Source of the DNA: a virus
Taxonomy: Duplodnaviria > Heunggongvirae > Uroviricota > Caudoviricetes
DNA length: 64,000 bases
Virus record (IMG/VR): IMGVR_UViG_3300044796_000394
Direction: 5' to 3' (one strand)
Part shown: piece by piece, positions 1-8,240 of the stretch
Position numbering within the stretch: the stretch's first letter is position 1
Layout: every line of letters starts with the position of its first letter
Made by a program: the position numbers and the translations under genes
Notes under the pieces: generated by a model
Database searches by the model: none
The model's input: only the letters and a program-made list of their open reading frames with translations
Told to the model about the DNA's origin: nothing

Positions 1-73
1 AAACCAGACATACTCGGTCGCATCAATCGGTTTAGAGAAGGTGTTTTTTCCACCCTATAAAGGCAAGATTAAT

Positions 74-1354
74 ATGTCCATGCTCGCCGAAGCTAAACAG
101 CAATTAGAAGCCGCTTACAAATATGCTTCCATTGATCCTGAATCGTGGGAGCGTCTTCAACACCCCCAAAGAACCATACAATGTGCCATTCCTATGAGGC
201 ACGATGATGGGGTACTTCAAGTTTACAAAGCGTACAGATGTCAATACGACACGACATTGGGGCCAGCAAAGGGCGGCATTCGCTACCATCCACACGTTGA
301 CCGTGACCATTGTGAAGCATTAGCCTTCTGGATGACTTTCAAGTGTGCTGCTGTTAAGATTCCTTTCGGTGGGGCAAAAGGTGGAATTGCCGTTGATGCC
401 AAGAGTCTTTCCCACCGAGAATTGGAACGATTGAGCAAAGCTTACATTGATGCTTTCGCCGATGTGATTGGCCCGGACATTGATATTCCGGCACCTGATA
501 TGTATACCGACGAACGGACGATGGGTTGGATGTACAGCGAATACCGCAAGATCAAGGGCGGTCATCCCAAAGATATGATTACTGGTAAGCCGACTGCTTT
601 GGGTGGCATTGAAGGCCGACACAGTGCTACAGGATACGGTGGCTTTTTCGTCTTGGATACAATTCTGAAGCAATACGCAAGTCAAATCAATTTGAAGTTA
701 AGTGAAGGCCAAAAAACCATTGCCTTACAGGGATTTGGTAAGGTCGGTACTTGGCTTGCCGAAAAGGCTTGGGAGCAAGGATACAAAGTTGTTGCGATCA
801 CTAATGAATTTGGCGGTGTATATGAACCCAAACACGGTTTACATATTCCTACTGCCAAAGCCGCACAAGAAGAATCGGGCGGTAAGAGTTGGGGTGTCCA
901 CGCAGCGGAAACATCTGTTATCACCAATGAAGATTTGTTAGCTTTGGATGTTGACGTTCTTGTCCCTGCCGCAATGGAACGAGTGATTACAGACAAGAAT
1001 GCGAATGCTGTACAGGCCAAGATTATTTTGGAGCTTGCCAACGGCCCGACTACGAATGCGGCTGATACCATTTTGAATGATCGTGGAATTTTTGTTATCC
1101 CAGACATTTTGGCGAATGCCGGTGGGGTGGTTGTCAGTTATTTTGAATGGGTGCAAAACAGAGGTGGCATCGTTAAGTCACTAGAAGAAGTGAATAAGGA
1201 ATTACGTACGGTTATGTTGGGAGCAACGAACAAAGCGATGGATCGATTACTGGAATTCAAAATCCCGCTTAGGACAGCAACGTACGCATTAGCTTTGAAG
1301 CGTATCGGAATGGCTAATGAGAGCCTTGGCGTGAGGCAGTATTTCAGGAAATAA
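74..1354 (+). CDS. gdhA: Glu/Leu/Phe/Val dehydrogenase family, glutamate dehydrogenase
   Basis: Motifs KGGIRY, GGAKGG, PAPD, Rossmann GFGKVG, ELANGP, PDILANAGGV; ATG at 74 preferred over GTG at 41. Confidence 0.93.
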   Translation: MSMLAEAKQQLEAAYKYASIDPESWERLQHPQRTIQCAIPMRHDDGVLQVYKAYRCQYDTTLGPAKGGIRYHPHVDRDHCEALAFWMTFKCAAVKIPFGGAKGGIAVDAKSLSHRELERLSKAYIDAFADVIGPDIDIPAPDMYTDERTMGWMYSEYRKIKGGHPKDMITGKPTALGGIEGRHSATGYGGFFVLDTILKQYASQINLKLSEGQKTIALQGFGKVGTWLAEKAWEQGYKVVAITNEFGGVYEPKHGLHIPTAKAAQEESGGKSWGVHAAETSVITNEDLLALDVDVLVPAAMERVITDKNANAVQAKIILELANGPTTNAADTILNDRGIFVIPDILANAGGVVVSYFEWVQNRGGIVKSLEEVNKELRTVMLGATNKAMDRLLEFKIPLRTATYALALKRIGMANESLGVRQYFRK

Positions 1355-1357
1355 CTT

Positions 1358-1711
1358 ATGGTTGATTTTAGAAGCACTAGGAATTATCATTTGAATGGTC
1401 GCAACGTAATACCGTGTAGTGGTTTTTTCTTTCAATTGATCCAATCTCAACAAGTTGGCTCATTTGTAGTCGCTCAAATCAAGTACACAACATGTACTAC
1501 TTTTGACGGCAATAAAATCATCGTGTTTGATGGAATGAAAATTGACGATTTGATGAAGTTAAAAACCATCGATCCTCATTTTTCCGAAGAAGTAAAAAAT
1601 TGCCATCCAATAGCAAGGTTCATGCCAACGCCTGAAGGATGGAATCACGCAATAAAGTTTTGCGAAATGTTAAGTGTTGAACAGTCGGCTTGTCCACAAT
1701 ATTCTTTTTGA
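1358..1711 (+). CDS. hypothetical protein
   Basis: 117-aa ORF starting 3 nt after gdhA stop. Confidence 0.6.
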   Translation: MVDFRSTRNYHLNGRNVIPCSGFFFQLIQSQQVGSFVVAQIKYTTCTTFDGNKIIVFDGMKIDDLMKLKTIDPHFSEEVKNCHPIARFMPTPEGWNHAIKFCEMLSVEQSACPQYSF

Positions 1712-1720
1712 GGTTTTTCT

Positions 1721-1909
1721 ATGAAGTCTTTTCTTATTGGTTTGGTAATTTTGGCTATTGGTTTCGGTGGAGGCTTATATGCTTCCAAGTTTGATTGTGT
1801 TCGCTCATGTCCTTGTCTCGGCAAAGTTTGCGGTGCCAAGGAGTGCCCATGCCCATGTCCACCTGCTAAGGGTGATGTTGCCGGTGACTGCTGCGTTCCA
1901 AAGAAGTAA
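1721..1909 (+). CDS. small Cys-rich protein with N-terminal signal/TM helix
   Basis: GAGG SD; hydrophobic N-terminus followed by 9 Cys in ~40 aa. Confidence 0.65.
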   Translation: MKSFLIGLVILAIGFGGGLYASKFDCVRSCPCLGKVCGAKECPCPCPPAKGDVAGDCCVPKK

Positions 1910-1910
1910 A

Positions 1911-1953
1911 TTGAATCCAATTAAGCAAGCCTTATAATGAGGCTTGCTTAATT
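1911..1953 (+). promoter_or_regulatory. sigma70-like promoter overlapped by a 14-bp inverted repeat
   Basis: TTGAAT-16nt-TATAAT; AATTAAGCAAGCCT/AGGCTTGCTTAATT arms enclose the -10 box; no U tract. Confidence 0.5.
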
Positions 1954-1975
1954 CACTAAACCCTTTCAGGAGATC

Positions 1976-2254
1976 ATGATGGCTCTTACGCTAATTCAAG
2001 TTAAGGATGTCTGCCAAGCACAAGCGAGCAATAAGTCTCCGTGGTCTTGGGGAACGCCAAATACAACTTGTAAATACCTTACCGGCGAAATAGTTGGCAA
2101 ACAGTACAAACAACTCTGTATGAAGTTGGCGCCGGGTGTGGTTGAAAAGAAGAGAAAAGATGGTATGCTGGCTCATGACTTTGATAAGTTGCCCGATAAC
2201 TGTCCCGGCTACTCATACCTGAAGTATAAGGATCAAGGATACGACGTTCCTTAA
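1976..2254 (+). CDS. hypothetical protein (4 Cys)
   Basis: AGGAG SD, 92-aa ORF. Confidence 0.7.
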   Translation: MMALTLIQVKDVCQAQASNKSPWSWGTPNTTCKYLTGEIVGKQYKQLCMKLAPGVVEKKRKDGMLAHDFDKLPDNCPGYSYLKYKDQGYDVP

Positions 2255-2271
2255 CTTCTCTTCTTGAAAGA

Positions 2272-2481
2272 ATGAAAATGAGCAAGACATCCGAAAGCAT
2301 CGCAATGGCTGAGTATGAAAAATACAAAGCCCAAATGACGAGTTTGGAAACACAGGGCGACACCACAAGCAAGAATGCCATCTCAATTCGAACGATGCTC
2401 TTTCAATTGTGGAATAAGTTAACGCCAGAGCAACAAAGAGAAATAGCAAAGAAGTACATTCCTTCCGGAAGTTTTTCATAA
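2272..2481 (+). CDS. hypothetical protein
   Basis: Packed co-directional 69-aa ORF. Confidence 0.55.
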   Translation: MKMSKTSESIAMAEYEKYKAQMTSLETQGDTTSKNAISIRTMLFQLWNKLTPEQQREIAKKYIPSGSFS

Positions 2482-2491
2482 AAGGTAAGCC

Positions 2492-5329
2492 ATGAATCTT
2501 GACCCTAACACTCGTGAACAAGAAGTTCTCAAATTGTGGAAGGGTCAAGATACGTTTCAGGCGATTCAATTTCGTCGGAAATCGGCTAAGCCTTTTGTGA
2601 TGTTTGAAGGCCCGCCAACCGCCAATGGCAAACCCGGCATCCATCACGTTCTCACCCGCACATTTAAAGATGCAATCGCACGCTTCCAAACCATGAAAGG
2701 CCGTTACGTTGAACGACGGGCCGGATGGGATGAACACGGATTGCCAGTAGAATTAGAAGTCCAAAAAGCCTACGGACTCCCCACCAAAGAATCCATTCTC
2801 GATTACGGTGTTGCTGAATTTAATAACAACTGCCAAGTCAGCACCCGCAACTTCATCGCCGATTGGGAAAAATTAACCCACCGAATGGGTTATTGGCTCG
2901 ATTTTGAAAACGCCTATAACACATCAGATCCTAGTTATATCAACAAAGTTTGGACAGTCTTAGATAATCTCATGGCTAATGATGAGATTTATCAAGACTA
3001 TAAAATCGTGCCTTGGGCTTGCGATTCCCAAACCGTCTTATCCAATTCAGAATTAGAACAAGGTTATAAAGAGGTTGAACACAATACGATGACGGTTAAA
3101 TTCCGCATCGATGATGACACCAATACCTATCTGATCGCATGGACAACTACCCCTTGGACATTGCCAGCTAATATGGCTTTAGCAGTCAATCCTTCGTTAA
3201 CATATTACGAAACCATTGACTCAGAGGGGTGCCATTGCATTAGCCTCAAAAAAACCGAACCCTCATTACCAATCAGTGGCCACAAACTTGTCGGCCTAAA
3301 ATATCGTCACCCATTTATCTCTGGTAAGGTCTGTCAAGTCTATGGCGACAACTTCGTTAGAGGCGATACAGGAACCGGAATTGTACATATCGCACCTGCT
3401 TTTGGCATTGATGATTACGCTCTTTGGAAAAAGAGTATGGCCCTTGAGCCAATCATCTGTCACGTAAATCCGGATGGTTCTTTCAACGCAGCAGCTCCAG
3501 ACTTGCTGCGAGGCATCAATTTGTTGGACAGAAATTTCAAAACTGTTAACTCTTTAATTCATGCCCACTTGACTTCGGCAGGAGCAAACTACGAAAATCA
3601 ATCCTTCAAGGATTCGGGATTTACACATCAATACCCGCACAATTGGCGAACGGGTAAGCCTCTTATCTATATGTTTAGACATAGTTGGTTCGTGAAAACA
3701 ACCGGCCTCAAACTTCGTCAAGTTAACAAAGAAGAAGTGACTTGGTATCCTAGTAATATCAAAGAAGGTAGATTTGGACAATGGCTTGATGGTGGCAAAG
3801 ATTGGGCAATTTCCCGTGAACGATTTTGGGGTACACCGTTGCCCTTTTATCGTGATGCTGACAATAACGTCTCTTTCCAAGTCCCTCAATATTATCACAA
3901 GCCGGGTTCTGATACGCCCATCGTCAAAGATAGAGTAATCTGGAAACGAACCTCAGAAGTTTTGGACTGCTGGTTCGATAGTGGCGCAATGCCGTTTGCC
4001 GCTTATGAGAAGTTCCAGCCAGCCGATGTAATTTGTGAGGGCATCGATCAAACCCGTGGGTGGTTCTATTCGTTAATGGTTATTGGTGTTGCTCTCACAG
4101 AACATACGCCATTCAAGGCAGCGATTTGCCTCGGCCATGTTCTGGATAAGAACGGCGTGAAAATGAGCAAGTCCAAAAAGAATGCTGTTGATCCTTGGGA
4201 AGTTTTTGAGCGAGAAGGCGCTGATGCCGTTCGTTGGTACATGCTCAAAACACCAATCGGACAATCTCTTTTGTGGAATGAAGCCGAAGTTAAAAAAGTC
4301 AATCAAACATTCTTCAATCGCTTGCTTAGCTCTCTTGACTTTTACGAGCAACAACAAAACCCCGACAAGCCTCATCGATCTAGTAATGGGTCAAAAGATG
4401 CTACGGATATTTGGATGATGGCACGCCTACACAGTGTTGTTAACAGCGTATCCCAATATTTGGAAGATTATGAATTTGCCAAAGCGATTGAAGCCATTGA
4501 GCTTTTTACCAACGATCTTTCTAATGTTTGGATTAGAACAAATCGATCACGATTCCTTGCTGATGGTGCCCATGTTCCTAACGGTATTTTGAAAAACTGC
4601 CTAAAAACACTAACATTGTTAATTGCACCGTTGGCGCCGATGTTGGCTGAACATGTCTGGTATCGTTTGTGTCCAGAAAACATTGTTTATGGAAGCATGG
4701 GTTCGGTACATGCTACCGATTGGCCTAAACCAGAAGATAATACGTGGGACGCATTCTCAAAAAATATTGTTATTCTTGAAGCCATGAAAGAAGCTCGTCA
4801 AGTTATCACTGAAGGCTTGAAACAGAGAGACAAGCGGAATATCCGTTTGAGGCAACCGATCAAAGCAGTGCGGGTGCCTCGTAACATCAATCCACAACTC
4901 ATTCAATTCGTCAAGACGGAGTTGAATGTTAAAGACATCATCGTTGATGCTAAGGGGGAATCCGTGGAAATGGATTTCAACCTTACGGATGAACTTGTAG
5001 CGGAAGGTATGGCAAGAGATTTGATGCGGGCTATTCAAGTTCGCCGCAAAGATTTAGGTTTGAAGCGTGGTGAACCAATTCGTATCGTATTGGAAGTCGA
5101 TAAAAAGACCAGATCCATGCTTGAACCACATATGAGTGAGTTGATGTTAAGTGTGACTTGTGGTGATCTGCGATACAAAGAAGTCGCAGATACAGCATCG
5201 CCGATTGTAATGGAAGTCACAAAAATGGAACCGGCTAACCCAGATGGCTATAAGGAATTCGGAAAAGCCACAACAAAACTGACTTCTGCTGAAATCGCCA
5301 AAGTGATATTGACAAATCGTGTCGGTTAA
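2492..5329 (+). CDS. ileS: isoleucyl-tRNA synthetase, type 2 (IleRS2-like)
   Basis: EGPPTANGKPGIHH (HIGH region), GWDEHGLPVE, WTTTPWTLPAN and GTGIVHIAPAFG editing motifs, ISRERFWGTPLP, EGIDQTRGWF, KMSKS; C-terminal EGMARDLMRAIQ typical of type 2. Confidence 0.95.
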   Translation: MNLDPNTREQEVLKLWKGQDTFQAIQFRRKSAKPFVMFEGPPTANGKPGIHHVLTRTFKDAIARFQTMKGRYVERRAGWDEHGLPVELEVQKAYGLPTKESILDYGVAEFNNNCQVSTRNFIADWEKLTHRMGYWLDFENAYNTSDPSYINKVWTVLDNLMANDEIYQDYKIVPWACDSQTVLSNSELEQGYKEVEHNTMTVKFRIDDDTNTYLIAWTTTPWTLPANMALAVNPSLTYYETIDSEGCHCISLKKTEPSLPISGHKLVGLKYRHPFISGKVCQVYGDNFVRGDTGTGIVHIAPAFGIDDYALWKKSMALEPIICHVNPDGSFNAAAPDLLRGINLLDRNFKTVNSLIHAHLTSAGANYENQSFKDSGFTHQYPHNWRTGKPLIYMFRHSWFVKTTGLKLRQVNKEEVTWYPSNIKEGRFGQWLDGGKDWAISRERFWGTPLPFYRDADNNVSFQVPQYYHKPGSDTPIVKDRVIWKRTSEVLDCWFDSGAMPFAAYEKFQPADVICEGIDQTRGWFYSLMVIGVALTEHTPFKAAICLGHVLDKNGVKMSKSKKNAVDPWEVFEREGADAVRWYMLKTPIGQSLLWNEAEVKKVNQTFFNRLLSSLDFYEQQQNPDKPHRSSNGSKDATDIWMMARLHSVVNSVSQYLEDYEFAKAIEAIELFTNDLSNVWIRTNRSRFLADGAHVPNGILKNCLKTLTLLIAPLAPMLAEHVWYRLCPENIVYGSMGSVHATDWPKPEDNTWDAFSKNIVILEAMKEARQVITEGLKQRDKRNIRLRQPIKAVRVPRNINPQLIQFVKTELNVKDIIVDAKGESVEMDFNLTDELVAEGMARDLMRAIQVRRKDLGLKRGEPIRIVLEVDKKTRSMLEPHMSELMLSVTCGDLRYKEVADTASPIVMEVTKMEPANPDGYKEFGKATTKLTSAEIAKVILTNRVG

Positions 5330-5367
5330 GTTAGACTATCTGACCGATACAAATAAAGGGCGATTTT

Positions 5368-6804
5368 ATGAAAAAGGCAGAATTAGTAGAAGCAGGCATT
5401 CCCGTGAATTGCCATGCTGCTGCCATTAAGGTCATTCAAGATGGCTTCCGGCACAAAATCTTCCCTTCCAACAAAGGGGCACGGGAAGCTTTAACGAGAG
5501 TGGCCGCTGCGCCTGAAATGCACCTCGGCGCAGACGACTTCTACCGAGAATTGGCAAGCACCATCATTGCCACCCGCAAACAGCACGTTGAAGACGAAGC
5601 TCTTTACGCCAAAAACAGCATTGGTACAAGCCAATCGTTTGCCTCTTGGGGTGCCGACATTGAACAAGGTGCCATTGATCAAATGCAAAATGCGGTATCC
5701 CTGCCAGTTTCAGTGGTCGGCGCCATGATGCCCGATGCCCACAGTGGGTACGGTTTGCCCGTAGGCGGTGTTCTGGCCACATACGACAGCATCGTTCCTT
5801 ATGCGGTAGGCGTCGATATTGGTTGCCGGATGCGTTTTACGTTCACCGATATCGATCCATCACTCCTCAAGGATTCTCACGACAAGAAGGCGACTCCGCT
5901 CTGTAAAGCCTTGCGTGAAGGAACGGTTTTTGGCGTCGGCGGTCAACACGAAATTAAGATGAACCATCCAGTCATGGACAAGGATTGGAACATCACGGCT
6001 GTCACAAAAGCCGCCAAAGATAAGGCATGGCGGCAGTTGGGAACCAGCGGTTCCGGCAATCACTTCGCCGAATGGGGCATTGTGACGTTAACTCAAAAAG
6101 AATTCGGTTTAGAGCCGGGGAAATACGTCGCTCTCATGACTCACAGCGGCTCCCGTGGTTCGGGTTCTGATGTTTGTAGTTACTATACCGACGTTGCCGC
6201 TTCCAAGCTGCCAAAGGCTTATGAGAAATTCGGCAAAATGAAATTGGCGTGGTTGCCAATGGCTTCCGAAGCTGGCCAAGAGTATTGGGCAGCTATGAAC
6301 CTTATGGGTGATTATGCCGCTGCCAATCACTACGTCATTCACGAATTGGTTCTCAAGAATATGGGAGCAACGGCCCTTAAAGTGATTGAGAACCACCACA
6401 ATTTCGCATGGAAAGAAGATTACAAGGGAACCGAAGTGTACGTTCACCGTAAAGGTGCTACACCTGCCGGAAAGGGCGTACTGGGTATTATCCCCGGTAG
6501 TATGGCCACTTCCGCATTCGTCGTACGAGGCAAGGGCAATCCTGAAAGCTTGATGTCGGCTTCTCACGGTGCCGGGCGGGCAATGAGCCGCACCAAAGCT
6601 AAGGAACAGTTTAACTGGAGCACATGGAAGAGCCAAATCCAAAATGCCGGTGTACGACTATTGAGCGGCGGGATTGATGAGGTTCCCGGTGCTTACAAAG
6701 ACATTCACAAAGTCATGGCTCAACAAACCGACTTGATTGATGTTGTGGCAGAATTCATGCCCAAAATCGTCCTCATGGGTCAAGATGGTCGGAGCGAAGA
6801 TTAA
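5368..6804 (+). CDS. rtcB: RtcB-family RNA 3'-phosphate/5'-OH ligase
   Basis: PDAH, GVDIGC, GSGNHF, HSGSRG, HHNF, HRKGA, SHGAGR motifs. Confidence 0.95.
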   Translation: MKKAELVEAGIPVNCHAAAIKVIQDGFRHKIFPSNKGAREALTRVAAAPEMHLGADDFYRELASTIIATRKQHVEDEALYAKNSIGTSQSFASWGADIEQGAIDQMQNAVSLPVSVVGAMMPDAHSGYGLPVGGVLATYDSIVPYAVGVDIGCRMRFTFTDIDPSLLKDSHDKKATPLCKALREGTVFGVGGQHEIKMNHPVMDKDWNITAVTKAAKDKAWRQLGTSGSGNHFAEWGIVTLTQKEFGLEPGKYVALMTHSGSRGSGSDVCSYYTDVAASKLPKAYEKFGKMKLAWLPMASEAGQEYWAAMNLMGDYAAANHYVIHELVLKNMGATALKVIENHHNFAWKEDYKGTEVYVHRKGATPAGKGVLGIIPGSMATSAFVVRGKGNPESLMSASHGAGRAMSRTKAKEQFNWSTWKSQIQNAGVRLLSGGIDEVPGAYKDIHKVMAQQTDLIDVVAEFMPKIVLMGQDGRSED

Positions 6805-7214
6805 TGGACGCAACACAACAACAACGGTTAACTGAATTGCGAAATAGGCAACGAATATGCCTTATGAGTCGCACCGTTCTTTCGTCGGACGAAAAGACGG
6901 AGTTGAAGAATTTATCACAACAAGAAAAACGGGAAATGATTGAATTTGTTGGGCAAGAGCTTTACGAGTGGGCAACAGAAATGTTATTTCGTCATGACCC
7001 TATTGGGTTGGGCGGTATGGATTGTCCAAAAAACGAATATTCCTTGGAAGCAAGATGTATTATGTCTCGTGTCAAAAATATGACATCGGTTGATAAGATA
7101 CACGAAATTGTTTGGAATGTATTTCTGCAAATGTTTAGTGAACATTGTGCTGGTGAAAAAGAAAAATATCTCCCAATTGCTCAAGATATTCTCAAAAAGT
7201 TAACGGATGCATAG
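6804..7214 (+). CDS. hypothetical protein
   Basis: Start overlaps rtcB stop (TAATG); HDPIGL...EY motif. Confidence 0.65.
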   Translation: MDATQQQRLTELRNRQRICLMSRTVLSSDEKTELKNLSQQEKREMIEFVGQELYEWATEMLFRHDPIGLGGMDCPKNEYSLEARCIMSRVKNMTSVDKIHEIVWNVFLQMFSEHCAGEKEKYLPIAQDILKKLTDA

Positions 7215-7216
7215 CC

Positions 7217-7462
7217 ATGAGCGAAAAAGGCATTTCAAGAGTCATCATCGGCCTATTTGTGCTGTTTGGCGGCATCATTGTATGTTATTTTGGTGCTATG
7301 CAACTTGGGCCAATGCAAGCGAAACCTGAACACCTACAAGCTCTCAAAGCAAATAAGATGGGCGATTTCAGCGACAGTTATGGCGGCTCACGATACAAGC
7401 TTTGCCGTGTTGATTTGCCCGATGGATCTTGGTACGTAGTCGCTATACCCACTACTAGGTGA
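7217..7462 (+). CDS. hypothetical membrane protein
   Basis: One N-terminal TM segment; packed in operon. Confidence 0.6.
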   Translation: MSEKGISRVIIGLFVLFGGIIVCYFGAMQLGPMQAKPEHLQALKANKMGDFSDSYGGSRYKLCRVDLPDGSWYVVAIPTTR

Positions 7463-7466
7463 GTCC

Positions 7467-8231
7467 ATGAAAGTTGCGAAATGGTTTACGAAACATTATA
7501 CACTCGCACAAACCTTTGACACGGGCATTCAGTATGCTTTTTTGTCAGCGGATAACGAACAGTGTTTCCCATTGGTGACTTGTAAGGAATTTTTGATTGA
7601 CGCCGTTCATGCGTTAATTCATAACAAGCCTACGTTCCTCTATGGGTTTACGTACAGTATAGCCAACAACCCGCCGATCTGTCTTGACCCTTGTCGTCTA
7701 CTTCTTTCTACCAATAGCAAAAAAAACAAAGCCACATTTTACGAAGATGCGGTTCGACTGAAATCCTTTTTAAATCTCCTTGAACAAAAAATGGGATGCG
7801 AAAACGAGTCAGAAATTGAAGTGGTAGAAAATCATCCCCCTCTACCTTACATCAAACAGCCTATGGTTTTGTTAACCAGTCCGGCCTTGTGGATGCTTTC
7901 ACCGCCAATGCTTTCGTTATTCGCCCTACTCATTCGGGTGGGGTTCTACTACAACGGCAAAGAAACAGCATGGGGTCACTGTCAAAAAGTCCGTGACAAA
8001 AAGATCATCACCGATCATCCACGAAACGGCGAGTATCTTAAGTCGGCTTGGAAAACCATAATGGATTTGGTGGAATCGGGCGGTATGTGCCGGTTCAAAC
8101 CAGATATGAAAGATAATTGGCCACTATTCGCTCAACAATGGCAGTTGCACGAATGGTCAGGAATTGTATCGCTGGCCAAGGGAACAACGAAAAATCTCTG
8201 TCCACAATGGTATCCCAAATCTACATCTTGA
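7467..8231 (+). CDS. hypothetical protein
   Basis: 254-aa ORF with AGGTGAG SD. Confidence 0.7.
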   Translation: MKVAKWFTKHYTLAQTFDTGIQYAFLSADNEQCFPLVTCKEFLIDAVHALIHNKPTFLYGFTYSIANNPPICLDPCRLLLSTNSKKNKATFYEDAVRLKSFLNLLEQKMGCENESEIEVVENHPPLPYIKQPMVLLTSPALWMLSPPMLSLFALLIRVGFYYNGKETAWGHCQKVRDKKIITDHPRNGEYLKSAWKTIMDLVESGGMCRFKPDMKDNWPLFAQQWQLHEWSGIVSLAKGTTKNLCPQWYPKSTS

Positions 8232-8240
8232 GGGACTACA

